Source: Cyanophora paradoxa CCMP329 (taxonomy: Eukaryota; Plantae; Glaucophyta). Taken from it: DNA of 64,000 nucleotides. Below, in pieces: positions 24,224 to 40,143 of the stretch. Location: the NCBI GenBank assembly GCA_004431415.1, contig QPMI01000121.1:137156-201155 (forward strand). Reading direction: 5' to 3'. Each line of letters starts with the position of its first letter. Position 1 is the stretch's first letter. The position numbers and the translations under genes were made by a program. The notes beneath the pieces were generated by a model, which saw nothing but the letters and a program-made list of their open reading frames with translations, ran no database searches and had not been told where the DNA came from.

Positions 24224-27200
24224 CTAGTCGTCGTAGATGCGGACGGTGGCGGCGGAGCGGGTCTGGAAGGCGAGGAGCGCCGCCATCGCCCCCGCCGAGC
24301 ACACGAAGATGAAGTCGAACCAGCGGTGGTAGAACTTGAACTGCGCGGCGCGGAGGGGGCGCGTGAGGAGCGGCGGCGGCGGGATCGAACGCGTCGTCGG
24401 GGCGGGGCGGAACGGGGCGGGGCGGGCGGGGCCCCTCCTCACCTGGATATCGCCGAGGACCTGCGTGATGATGCGCCTGGCGGCGGCGGCGGATCGGAGC
24501 CGGGAGCGTCAGCCGGGGCCGGCGGGTGCGGGGCGGGGCAGGGCGGGGCCAGCGGGGCCGGGGCACCGGTAGGCGACGGGGAGGGAGGTGCGGATGAGGA
24601 CGACGGACGAGATGAAGTACATCCCCATGATCTGAAGGGGGGGGGGGGCGGCCCGGGGGTACAGAGGATCAGCAACCAGCGGAGCTTGTCGGCAGTCCAG
24701 CGTGAGCCGAGCCGGGAGCTCGAGCTGGACACGAGCTTGAGCTTCTAAAACACTCTCAGGGACTCTAGAAGAATCTCTTGAATAGAATCTCTAGAATTAC
24801 AACAAAAGTGCTTGAAATCTCTAGAAGTTCGACAAAATCAAGTTCCAGGCGCCGCCCGCCCGCCCGGCCGCCCGCTCGCCTGGGAGAGGAGGAGGATAAC
24901 GGCGCCCGAGGAGATCCCCGCCGACATCGCCCGGAACTGGGGGGGGGAAGTCAGTGGGGTACAGCTCGGGATGGGGGGGGGGGCGGTGGGGACCCGCATG
25001 AGGTTCCGGAGGAGGCCGCGCATCTGGGAGGAGGGGGGGGAGAGAGAGAAGGTCTGTCAGGCGGGGGGGAGGGGGGCGTAGGCGGTGCAGGAAGGCGCGT
25101 ATACGTATGTTCGAGCTCATTTAGAGACCCTCGTTTAAGACCGAGCACCGGGGCCCCCGGCGGTTCGGGGCGGGGCGGGGGGGGGACCTGGCTGGCGACG
25201 ACGACGCCGACGAAGGCGAAGGCGGCGTGCTGCAGCCACGCCTCCGCGTCGATCTCGGCCCCCCGCACCACCTGCCCAGAGGCGCGGCGCGTGAGGCCCG
25301 CGGAGGCGGCGGGATCGCGGGGGGATCGATGGCGGTAGGGTTAAGACTCTGCCCTGTCGGGCAACCCTGGCACGCGTGCCTGGCACGCGTTGCGGTGTCC
25401 CGTCGCGTTGCGGGAGGCGGCGGGATCGCGGGGGGCGGGGCGAGGCGGGCGGCTCGCGCCTGGAGGGCGATGCGGAGGGCGCGGGAGACGGGGTCCAGCG
25501 CCGCCGCCCGGTCCACCGCGATGTTCACCGTGCTCTGAGCGGCGGGGAGAGGCGGGGCGGGGCGGGCGGGGCGGGGCGAGGCGAGTGAGGCGAGGCGGGG
25601 CGGGGCGAGAAGGCGGGGCGGGGCGGTCGGGGCAGGGCGGCGGCGCTGCGGGCGCCTCGAGGTCTAAGGGGAGGAGCCCGCCGCTCCGCCGCGCGCCCCC
25701 GGCGACCGCCGGAACCCCCTAACGCTGCGCGCTGGCGCGGCGCGCGGCGGGGGGCGGCCTGAGAACCGGATCCCGCCGCTCCGCCTGGGAGTCTAGACCC
25801 TAACGCTGACCCCCCCCGTAACGCTGGCCCGCCTCTCAGACTCTAAGTCTAGACCCTCCTCCCCCCCCGTAACGCTGGCCCGCCTCTCAGGAAGGCTACG
25901 CTCCGCCCGGGCTCTCGCCCTCCCCCACTAACGCTGCGCGCTGGCGCGGCGGGCGGCGGGCGCACGATGACCATCTTGTAGACGCAGAAGAGGGAGAGGA
26001 AGTAGCCGGCGACGTTCAGCGCCCGACCCCGCAGCGTCCTGCTGAACCGCGCCCGGCTCTGCCCCAAGCCCCGCGGCGTCAGCGAGGGGGGCCCGGGCCC
26101 CGCGGGAGGCGAGCGAGCCCGGGGGTGTCGAGGGCAGGGAGGCATGGCCCGGGGGCGGCCAGCTTCTAGTCCGCCCGTCCCTTCGCGCACGGCCGTCTAG
26201 TAGGCAGTTGACGGCGCCGTCTAGGACACGGCCTGGGCGCGGCCGGCTTCTAGTCCATGCGGCGGGGCCAGCCTCTAGTCCTTCCGCCCCGCCCGCTCGC
26301 TCGCTCGCTACGTCAAAGGCATGGCCCGGTGGGGGGGCCCAGCCTCTAGTCCTTCCGGCTGCCTCCCCGGCCCGCTCGCTTGCTAGGTCTCTAGAGGCGT
26401 CGCCCGTTGACGGCTCCGTCTAGGGCGTGGCCCGGACGCGACCGGCGCGGCCAGCTTCTAGGTTCTTCCGGCGCGGCCAGCTTTTAGTCCGGCTGGCTCG
26501 TTGGCCGGCTCGCTCGCCAGCGAGCTTCTAGTCCGGCAGGGCGCCCGGCCTCGGTCGCTGGCTGGCTCGGGGGCTGGCCAACTTCTAGTCCGGCTCGCCG
26601 GCCCGCTGGCTGGCGCGCCTGCTCGTTGCGGAGGTCCCCGACCTCGGCGGCCAGCTGCCGCCCCAGCTCCTCCAGCGCCTCCACGTCCCCCTGCGCGCCC
26701 TCGATCCCTGGCCGTCGAGGGAGGGGGTGAGAGGCTCGACGGCTCAGAGGGCTGGGAGGAGGGGCGGGGGGCGGAGCGGGGCGGGGCGGGGCGCACGGGA
26801 GCGCTCCCGGTCCTCGGGGGTCGACCGCACGGCGCCCACCAGCCGCTGGAACATCGACCGGCCCTGGGCCGGCCCGCTCGCCGCGTCAGAGCTCGCGAGG
26901 GCGCGTGGGAGGAAGGAGGACGGGGTCGCACCCCCGGGGCGCCCTCGCCGGAGGCGGGAAAGCGGCGGGCGAGCTCGTGCCGCGACTCCGCGATCGCCGC
27001 CCGCTTCGCGTCGATCTGCGGCGCGCGCGTCAAACCAGGTGCGGGGGGGGGGGGAGGGGGGGGGAAGGAGGGGGGCGGGCGAGTCGTTTGCTTTCGCGCT
27101 AGGTCTAATCTTAGACGAGCGGGCGGGCGGGCGGGCGGGCCTGGGAGGTCAGCTGGTCCAGGCGCCTCTCGAGCCCCAGCAGCTGCTTCTCGTCCACCTG

Positions 27201-28796
27201 CCTGCGGGGGGTACGCGTTCCAGGCGGAAGAGGGCGGGGGGATGAAGCTGGGGGTACCGGAGGAAGATGGAGAGGTAGGAGTACGGGCAGTTGACGGCGC
27301 CGAGGCCCGAGAGCACCGCCATGAGGGATACCCCTACCTTTTTGGGGGAGGGAGGGGCATAAGCGCGGGGGAGTACGGGGTGCGCGGGGGGCGACGGGGG
27401 TACCACGCCGACGCGGGAGACCCCCTGCTCCACGGAGAGGAGACCTGCGGGGTCGAGTCGAGGCGAAGACCCTGGGGTACAGCGGCGCGGGCGAGGGGAA
27501 AGCGAAACGCGTACCCCGGCGGCTGGTGACGATGGGGAAGCGGCCGCCGAGGCCCCAGAGGAGCGCGACGAAGCCTGCGTCGGCGACCGCCGCGCCCAGG
27601 CCGGCCAGCAGGGGGTTCAACCCTGCCGGGGTACGCTATCAGCCAGGAAGGGGGAGGGGAACCGTTCGCGGGGGGTACGCCCACCGAGAGAGCGGGCGAG
27701 GAGGAAGGAGAAGCTGGCGGGGAGGACGAGGAGGAGGAGGGCCAGCATCACGTGCAGGTCCAGCTGCCGGGCAGGGAAAGGGGAGGGTAGGGGAAGGTCA
27801 GGCCAGGGCGACTTAGGGGGTCAACGTGAGCTAACGTTAGGCCGGCTTTCGCAAGAACAGTCGGGTGGGAAGGAGCAGCCGGGGGGGGGGGGGGGTACGC
27901 GGACCTTCCAGATGAACCAGCGGGAGCTGAAGGCCAGCACGTCCAGGATCTCGAAGATGACTGCGGGGAGGGGAGTACATGAGGAGCCGGCCCCGCGCGC
28001 GGGGGGCGGGGCCAGGGCGGGGCGGGGGGCGGGGCGAGGGCGGGGCGAGGGGTGGGGCGTGGGCGGGGCGGGGTCGGGGCGGGGGGCGCGGGAGGAGGCG
28101 GGGTACGGCGCACTGAGCTGGAACATGCTGCAGGAGACTGCGAAGGTAAGGCAGAAGAGGACGCGGACCAGCAGCGGCTCCCGCTTCGAGTCCTGCGGGC
28201 GCAACATTCGCCGACGAACTCGAGGAGGACGGGGCGGGGGAGGAGAGAGCGGGCGCCTTGGCGGAGAGCTTCCGGTCGAGGAAGTAGTGGCCGCCCGCGA
28301 GGAACGCGGCGAAGGAGGCGGAGACGACGAGCGCGTCCGCGAGCCCGCTGGCCGCCCCGGGGCCCCCGCCCGCCAGCTCCGCCTCAAGCGCTGGCTCGGG
28401 CGCCTCCGGCCCCGCCGCGTAAGCGCTCTCCGTCGCGTTCGCAGGCGCCGCTGCCGCCTCCTCCGAAGCCGCTTCGGGAGCGCCGCCCGCAGTTGCCTCC
28501 GAAGCGTCCTTCTTGCTTGCGGGCTCAGCTGGAGCCGCGGACTGGCCTTCAGGGGCCCGCGCAGCGTCTCCCTGGACGACCGCTGCCGGCGCTGCCTCCG
28601 TGCTCGGGGGCGGCGCGCTCGGCTGCGGTCGGGTCGCCGGCCTGAGCGCGTACGCGAGGCCCAGTACGCATACGAGGAGAAGGACCGCCCCGAACGCTGC
28701 CAGGCGGATCGCGTCCGGGTTGTTGCGCGCGAGGGCCCTGAGCCTGTGCTGGACGAAGCGGACGGGCTTCGGGAGGGTCCAGACCCCACCGGCCAT
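24224..28796 (-). CDS. GPR89: Golgi pH regulator / GPCR-type G protein (GPR89/GTG/COLD1 family), multi-exon, with N-terminal extension
   Basis: Spliced peptides match family motifs: [123 protein letters not shown]. ATG 28796, stop 24224-24226. Confidence 0.92.
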
Positions 28797-30341
28797 TGCG
28801 CCCGGTCCTACAGACGTGCTAGAACCACTCGAATCGCAGCGGACGGACCAGGAGAGGGAACCAGCGTATCTGAGCGTAACTTTGTCCGGGTACAGCCTAA
28901 TTCCGACATTCGGGTACCTCAAGTTCGCAATCTCAACACCTTTTTCCCGTCACGCTCGTCCCGCCCATCATGTTTGTCACACTCGTCCCCGCCATCACCG
29001 AGACCCGGTCGTTCGTCCCGGCTCGGTCCCGGCGATCCGCGTCCCAGATCCCACATCACAGATCCGCATCCCCCATCTTCGTCGTCGCCTCCTCCCAAGT
29101 GAAGACCCCACCTCCCAAGATTGTCACTGGTGGGTCGTACGCCGGCTCTCTAGACGCTCCCCGGCACTCGCATTTTGCCCTTTCATCCCACGGCCTCGGC
29201 CGGCCGTGGTACGGCTCCGGCGCTGACATTCTCCTTTTTGCGGCACAGTTGAGCCGGAGGCTTTCCCCCGGGTTTTCCCTGCCCCGCAGCCCGCCAAGCA
29301 CGCGTGGCCCGCATCAGCGTGGAGTCCCTCTCGCCTGTGCTCGGTACGAGCATGTTTGATATCACGCTCGGGTGCACGTGCTGATCCTCGGCTCAGTTGG
29401 CGAACGCGCTTGCTCTCGAGAGCGACTATCCCCATGAGACGCAGTGGGAGGCTGCCATCTGGGCCCCCGGCCGAATTGCCGACAAGATCCAGGTTCGTAC
29501 ATGTTTCTCCAAGCCCTTAAAACATGCTAAAGACCACGCGCACGCGGCACGAGCTGCGCGTCACCGTCACGTCTCTGACCGCGTGACCGCCGCAGCACAT
29601 GGCGATGTCTTCCCCTACCTTCACCCACGAGCGCAAGATGATGGACCATCCCGAGAACGGCACCTGGCCGTCGGCGATCTGGGCCCCGAAGCGCAGCCGC
29701 CGCGCCGTTCATACGCACTAGAAGCCGCCGCCGTTGTCGCGGCTCTCTGGTGGTTCCGTCCGGGCGCTCGGAGTATACAGCAGCAACGGAGATCGGCCAC
29801 GCCGATTCTTAGCAGCAGATGCTTCCACAATGCAACCTTTTCAAAGCCCAGCGGCAATCATTTCAACCTTTTCTCCCAAGTATACGTTGTACAGGCTGTG
29901 GTAGTGGCAGCAGCAAGTTTGGTGAGTCGACGCTTGGCGCTAGTGTCTTGTCCTTATTGCAGCGGTTCTAGGTCGTCTCTGACGGCGGCTTTCAACCGGC
30001 TTCGTGTGAGTGCGTCTCACTTTTTAAGCTCTCGGGCTCCTCACCGCTCTCGCCCCGTCCTCCTCGGATTTCTTTTTTAGGAGTTTGCAGCAGAGTTTCT
30101 TCGAGTTTGTTTAGCGGGTAGACATCGATCGAGTCCGATCTCCGTAGGAATGATCCTTTGAAGAGTGTGCAGTGGTTTTGGTAGCTATAGGTATACAGCA
30201 AGCAGGCGGCGCGGGTCTCTATCTGTAACGATCTTGTTTTCTTTTAATTAAGGAAGAACACAGCTGAGGGCGTTCGACAGCTGAGAGGGTACCGGTCGTG
30301 ACGGCCAGCACAGACGTGGCGCCGGCCGGCACCGGGCGGGG

Positions 30342-33659
<3,318 letters not shown>

Positions 33660-36612
33660 ATGAAATGCCCTCTGTCTAGTTTGCATGGCTCCGAACGCCC
33701 GTACCACCAAGTTAGCCATGAAGATGGGGTTGAGGATCTTCGAAGCCTGCGCGATGGACGCCGGCGTTCACCTAGGCTGAGCATCGCTCTCGCAGTTCCA
33801 GCTGCATCGTCGAGCAACACAGGAACAGTGACGGTCGGTGCGCTGGCCCCGCGCCGCATCCGGCCCCGCGCGCCGAATCCGAGAGTCGCCGGTGGCTCAC
33901 ACGCGTGCGCAGCGTGTGCACATGGCCTTTCTTCCGGATCATGCGCCATCTGCAAGCCGGGAACGGAGCAGCCGGCGCCCAGCGCAGCGCGCAGGGCGGA
34001 TGAGGCGCCCGGATCTGGCCTCCCGCCGCTTCCTTCGTCCGCGCGAGTGAAGCGGGAGCGGCCGGAGCTGAGTCCATCGGTGCGCCGACGCGGAGCGCTT
34101 CGGCGGGGCCGTCCGCCCGCCCGCCCGCCCGCCCGCCGGCCGCGAGCTGAGGTTCCGGGGCGCACAGACGGCGCGGGGGCAGCTGCTGGGGGCGGATCTT
34201 GTGGAAGGGCCCAAGCGCCCCAAGCTGGAGGACGGAGTCGATCCGGAAAGACCGCCGGACTTCAGCGGCGGCGAGAACGGAGAGCGCTCGCGGGGCGCCG
34301 ACCCGCCCGACGGGGCCCTGTCCATCCACGTAGCCCTCCCCTCCTCCTCCCCCCCGGTCCCCGCCGCCGTGCCCGCCACGCACCGCATCGGCGACCGCGA
34401 TCACGCCGCCGCGAACCCCAGGAGGACGTACCCCTTCCCCCCTTCCACCTCCTGCTCCCCCTGCGACCTGGCGGCCCCCTCCGTACCCCCCTCCTCCTCC
34501 GCCGGCCCCGCGCCGGCGCCGGCGCGGCCGCCGCCGGCGATGTCCCTCGGGCCGCCCATCGCACCCGAGGAACTGGCGAGAGAGCTCCTGAGCCTGAGCG
34601 AACGGTCGCCCGGGGAGCCGCTGCGGCGAGGGTCGGGCGCCGGCGGGGCACCAGGCGAGCCGGCGGCGGCAGCGGCGGCGGCCGACGTCGTGGAGGCCGC
34701 CGTCGTGGCCGGCGCGCTCGCCGGCGCCTCCGAGCGGACCGAGGCCTCCGTGCGGGGTACGACGTTCCTGCTCTCACCGGGGGTACGCGTTCCGACGTGC
34801 GAGCCCCGCGCCCCCCGCAGAGGCGATACGGGACGGGAGTGTCTCCGAGTGGCCGCGGGCCGCCCTGCGCCTCGTCCGGGCCCTCCAGGCGCGCCTACCC
34901 CCCGCCCGTCTTCCCCCCCCCCTCTTTTCCAACCGCACGGGGGGTGCAGGGCCAGGTCTCGGCGTACCGGACGGAGGTCGAGGTCCTGAGGCTCGTTCCC
35001 CCTCCGCCCCCGCTGCGCCGTACCCCGGTCGAGCTGAGCCGTGGTGTACCCCGCAGGGAGGGCCGGGAGGCGGCGGAGACCGAGAACGCGACGCTGTGGA
35101 GGCAGCTCCAGAAGAACGAGGTGCGCACCCCGCCCGGGCCGCGCGCTCCCCGCTTGCGCCTGGGAGGGCCGCTGGGCCTAGGGACTGGTGCCAGCGCCCT
35201 CCAACGGAGGGCCGCTGGCCATGGGCCTGGGGCCTAGCCTGCGGCTAGCTGTAGAGTCCCGGACCCGCCTCGCGCGCCCAGCCAAGGCGCCCTCCTCGCG
35301 CTCGCGCACCTGGCTAGCTGGCGCTACGCGCGTGAGATCTGAGCGTGGCGGGGGGGGCAGACGCGGATGGACGGGATGGCGGGGCGGGCGCGGGCGGCGG
35401 AGACGGAGCGCGCCTCCCTCCGCATCGACCTCCACTCCGCCGAGGAGCGGGTCCGTTTCGCCCCCGCCCCGCCCCGCCCCGCCCCGCCCCGCCCCGAGAG
35501 CCCAGGCGCTGCGCCTGCCGCTGCCGCTGCGCCGACGCCCGGGCACGCCTGAGGGGCGCGGGGGCGGGGCCAGGCGCGGGAGGCGGAGCGGGCGGCGGCG
35601 GAGGCGTCGGAGCGCGGCGAGGAGCTCGCCGCCGCCCTCCAGGTTCCCCCCCCCCCCCCCCCCCCGCCGCCCCGCCCCCCCACTTCCTTCCCGGCCGCCC
35701 AGGGAAGGAAGCCGCCCGCCGTTCTAGGCGGCCTGCACGCGCCGCCTGCCGGCGCGCCCCGTCTGACCGCCCCGCCCCGGACCACGGCGGCACGCAGGAG
35801 CGGGAGGCGGAGCTCTCGCGCCTCTCCGCCCGCTACGCCCTTCTCGCCCCCGCGTGCGCCCCGCCTCTCAAGAAGAAGAAGCAGCAGCGGCAGCTCAGAA
35901 GCCTCTAACGGTCGCGCAGGTCGCGGGCGGCGCGGGCGCTCTCGCGGGCGGCGGCGGGCGACGCGGAGGCCCTCCGCCGCCTCGACGCCCCCGAGCTCGC
36001 CGAGGCCGAGACGGTGCCGTACCCCCCTGCCGCCCCCCCTCCCCCTCGCCCGCGGCCGACGCGCCCGGCGCGCAGCGGGTGGACGCGCTCCGGCGGAGCG
36101 TCCGCGTGCTTCGGGAGGCGCGCGAGGTCCTCGCCGTCGTCGCCGCGGTGCGCCGCCCCGGGCCCGGGCTCGAATCCCGCCGGGAACACTTTCACTCCGT
36201 TCAGGCGTTTGACGTCTGTCCACTGCGCCAGGAGCGCGCGCGGCGGGACGGGGCCGCCTACTCTTCCTCCGGCGCTCCCGCCTTCGGCCATTTCCCCTGC
36301 GGCCTCTCCGTGTCCGTTACCCCCGCCGGGTTCGCCCCCCCGGGGCCAGTCTCGCCCCTCTCCCCCGCCCCCTCCGCTTCCGCCTCCGCCAGCGCCAGCG
36401 CCGCGCCCTCGCCCCGGCTCCCCTCCTCCAGCTGGGCGCGGCCCCCGCCCCCGCCCCCGCCCCCGCCCCCGCCCGCGGAGCTCCCCGCGACCCCGCGGTC
36501 GCCGCCCCCTTCGTCCCACGCGCTCCCAGCGAACCTCTCGTCGCCGCCGGCGCCACGGGCGGACGACGTCGGGAGCCCCGCCCCAGGGAACGGCGTAGGC
36601 CTCCACCTCTGA
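33660..36612 (+). CDS. Uncharacterised multi-exon coiled-coil protein with N-terminal CxxCxH...CxxC motif and Pro-rich tail
   Basis: Exon 1 33660-34079 (donor GTGCGC) splices in frame to 34168 (acceptor CAG). Later short exons encode heptad-like peptides (AAETENATLWRQLQKNE, ERASLRIDLHSAEER, EREAELSRLSAR). Stop TGA 36610-36612. Confidence 0.6.
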
Positions 36613-37224
36613 GGGCCGACCGCCGCCGCCTCGCGCACTGCCTATAAATAATTCCCGCTCCGATTCGCTTCAAGCACTCCGCTAAGTCTTCGGCTCTTAG
36701 TGTGTACGCACGTCGTTGTGCTCAGTAATACATTAACCCATGTTCCCCCTGGAAGAAAAAGAACTACGGCGGACTCAAAATGCCAGCATTCTAGCACTGC
36801 GAACAGTCAAACTCACTGAGTGGACCTCAATCACAGTCTTGCCAGCATGTCTGGTAAGTGGGGAACTTGTGAATCGCAGGCCAATGGCCTGTACTAGTGG
36901 CCCGGCCGCGTTTTGGCGCGCCGGGGGTGCAAGGGGGGAATCTGGATCTAATGAAAGAGTAGTAGTGGCACGAACATGCACGGGGCAGATGTAGATCGAC
37001 CCCGGCCCAGCGCGCGCGGCAGGACAGCGGCCGGGGCGCCAACGAGGTCGGCGCAGCGATGCGGCTGCGAGCAGAGGCTGGATCGCGAGGAAAAGCTACG
37101 CGGTACGGGCCAATCCGGCCCACGTGCACGGGCTGCGCGTGCTTCGGTGCACGTGCTGCGGTGCAAGCTTGATGCAGTCAAAAGTAGATCAGGCGGCACG
37201 GGTACCGTGCGGCGTACGCGGCGC

Positions 37225-37632
37225 ACTGCGAGGAAGTGGAAATCCAGAGGAGATCGAGCAAGACAGCTAGGGAGAATTTTTAAGAAATTCCGTGCGGCGT
37301 GCGCGGCGCAGTGCGAGAAAGTGAAAATCTAGAGGAGATCGAGCAAGACAGCTAGGGAGAAGTGGTTCCATGCAGAACCGCGCAACGAAGAGCAAGGCGT
37401 ACGCAACGCACTGCGAGGAAGCCGAAATCTACAGGAGACAGCTAGCTATAGGGAGAACTGGTTCCATGCAGAACCGCGGAAGGAATTCGAAGACCGGAAT
37501 GAGAGAGAAGTTGGTTTCCAGGCTTCAAGTCGAGGAAAACTGGTCTTCGCTAGAACCGCGGAAGGAATTCGAAGATCGGAATGAGAGAGAAGTTGGTTTC
37601 CAGGCTTCAAGTCAAGGAAAACTGGTCTTCGC
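37225..37632 (+). repeat. Complex direct repeats including an 82-bp tandem duplication
   Basis: AGAGGAGATCGAGCAAGACAGCTAGGGAGAA repeated at about 37246 and 37331. 37470-37551 is duplicated at 37552-37632. Confidence 0.75.
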
Positions 37633-38184
37633 CCTCGAAAACCTTTTTTTGCATGGACGGCCGCAGCGACAAACACGTGTCGCTGCAACCGAATTTCGGC
37701 TCATTTTTTTCCCGCGTTGCAAACTGGACCTCGAAAACGGCCTCATAGAAGAAATTTTGGCTGAAGCGAGGGAACGGGAAGCAAGGGGGGAAGACCTGCG
37801 GTCTTCTTTCCCCCCTTGCAATTTTTTGGCCTTTGGGCCTGTAATTGATATAATCAATTCGATATGCATTTGAAGGCTGCCTGTGCACTCTTGACTCACT
37901 GAGGTCACTGAGCTAGGTTTTACAGGAGAAGGAAAAGTCACAGAGTGATGTACGAGTCTGTGACTTGTTAAAAAAAAGCCAATGGCTGCCCTCGCTCTTG
38001 CCAGTGAGTTCGGAAGTACACATCGGCAGAATCTGCCACTAAGTCGAGATTTTGGCTCAAATTTTATCTGCAGCTAGCGGTTCAGTGCACGTGCCGGCTG
38101 AGCAATTGTTTGATTTAAACACGTGCACCAACGTCGAAGTTTAATTTGCAATCGCGATCGTTGCTTGTGTGATCATGATTCCGA

Positions 38185-38451
38185 CAAGCGAGTCCCTGCG
38201 GAGCAGGAGTGGCCTTGGGTCTTGGGGCTTCAAGGCGTGAGGGTGGCCGCTCTTTGTTTTAAAACGGGGGAGAGACCTCTCATAGGAAAACGGGCCCGGC
38301 CATCGCGTTCCCCAGGGTCGAAAATGGGGTAGTAGGTCTGTTCATTTATGCGAATTTCGCTTTTTGAAATCCGTCACATCAAACCAACAGACCTAAGGGC
38401 CTCTCCTTTCCCCAAGGCCGACCTAAGGGCCTCTCCTTTCCCCAAGGCCGA
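38185..38451 (-). mobile_element. Non-autonomous Helitron-like element (internally deleted copy)
   Basis: On the minus strand: A|TCGGCC ... CCTGC-TCC-GCAGG hairpin ... CTTG|T, i.e. inserted in an A|T target. It lacks about 560 bp present in the 8205-9012 copy and has a 30-bp duplication at its 5' end. Confidence 0.65.
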
Positions 38452-38599
38452 TTATCGATCGATCATGATGCCTATGTCCGGGTCAAGCTTGACCATGATC
38501 ATGACCAAGTGTTTCCTCTCGGCCAACAAAAAACAACAAGCACAAGCTATATATTCAAATATTAATGATATCGATTAAGGTCATTTCAAGTTTTCTGAA

Positions 38600-38640
38600 T
38601 AGTTCTGGGGGGGTGCGGGGGGGCGGAGCCCCCCTGCTTG
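38600..38640 (+). mobile_element. Second Helitron-like 3' terminus (GC hairpin plus CTTG|T), 5' end undefined
   Basis: GCGGGGGGGC-GGA-GCCCCCCTGC hairpin running directly into CTTG then T. Confidence 0.35.
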
Positions 38641-39885
38641 TTGCTCTCTCTCTTCGCAATCGATTATTACGATCCATGTAAAGCTGAAGCGGTGGGATCA
38701 AAAGGCTTTATTATAAATTTAATGGGCCATGTCACGGCCCATGTGACCTGAGGGTGAAGCTTGTTCTCTGGCCTCGGACAGGTTTTCTGGCCTCGAACAG
38801 GTTATTCGCCTCACAATTTCGATTCCTAGGCCTTCCTCAGGCCTAGGGCCTTTAACGTGCAACGAAAACGAGTTCAATGAAAAAGATATTATTTAGAAGG
38901 CTATATGGCAGTCATAATGGCACGCTTTCGAAGTTACATATATCGCGAACGCGTTTTATACAACACCCTGCTGGGAGCGTGCCGCCCATCTATATTAGCT
39001 AGGCTTTCCTACCTTGTCCTACCTTGAGCTTGACGTGGACGTGGGTCGACCAAAAACTGGGATATTTATATAACGACCACCGGTACCGTATAACGATTGC
39101 CCGCCTCGGCCGACTTTTGTGATCCCTTTGACTGCCCTTGTGCATGTTCTTGATCCCCCTGGTCCGCTTTCGCGCCGTTCCCCTTTACCTCGAGCTCCTT
39201 CTCCTCCGCCTCCGGATCCTCTTCGTGATCGCCTTGTTGTTCCCCTTACTTGTCTGCTCCCTGTGATATATCTTTCTCACTTCTGTCCTCCTTGGTCGGT
39301 TTCGTCTACTGTAGATCTCGGTGCTGATTCTAGCTCTTTCTCGTGTCTCTCTATTTCCTCTTCTTTGCCTTCTAACTCTGTACTACGGTAGCTCGATCTC
39401 CGTCTCGGATTTTCTCGTCCGTCATCTCTTCTCGGACTCTCTTCCTCTGCTGTCGATTTTGGCTCTTTGTTTTGTTGCTTTTAGTGCTCTTGCCTTAGTT
39501 TTCTTATTTCAGTCGTTCTCTTTGTTGTATATGCCCCCTGGGCAGCCCCCGCAGTGCTGGTGTCTAGCTATAGAGGCTGTGGCCGGTAATTCACCAAAAA
39601 ATATATATCGATACATCCGATACCGGTATACCGTATTATGTATATATGGTCTGTATATATATAGTTACATTTGTTAGTAGATGTTATCATACACACTTCC
39701 CACTTCATGCCTCCCGTGTTCGAATCGCCCTGCGATGAGAATCACGCCGTTACGCCATCGAATCCCGCCCGTTCCAGAATTTCGATCAATCATGCCCTAC
39801 CTGGCCTGTACAGGCGCCCACAGACTATAGCTAGGGCCACAGTCATGGCACAGTGCTGGAGTAGACTAGCTAGTACTAGAGGCTA

Positions 39886-40143
39886 CCGTAATCCAGAATA
39901 TTAAGGTCTGCATTTTATTATGTCATCCCCAAATTATGTCGCCGAAAACTTGACATGACGACATAATTTGAGGACGACATAGTTGGACGTGCTTAGTGCT
40001 ACCCCCCCAATTTACCGCCCCATACAAGCCTGAAAATTTCATGCCGACATAATTTGGGGACGTCATATTTCTCATAGAGACTCTGAGAAGGGTCCGGATT
40101 TCAAACGACATAAATTTGACCGTCATATTTTCCTGGATTACGG
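39886..40143. mobile_element. Tc1/mariner(pogo)-type MITE with TA target duplication
   Basis: TA|CCGTAATCCAG ... CTGGATTACGG|TA, with internal repeated GACATAAT/ATTATGTC motifs. Confidence 0.75.

Noticed and set aside
25700-26618. Repeats TAACGCTG and CTTCTAGTCC in long GPR89 introns as a structured RNA or mobile element
   Set aside because: These are local degenerate duplications without termini, TSD or recognisable RNA-family motifs.
29000-30240. ORFs between GPR89 and NDOR1 (e.g. 29397-30080)
   Set aside because: No GC3 bias, motif or convincing splice pattern.
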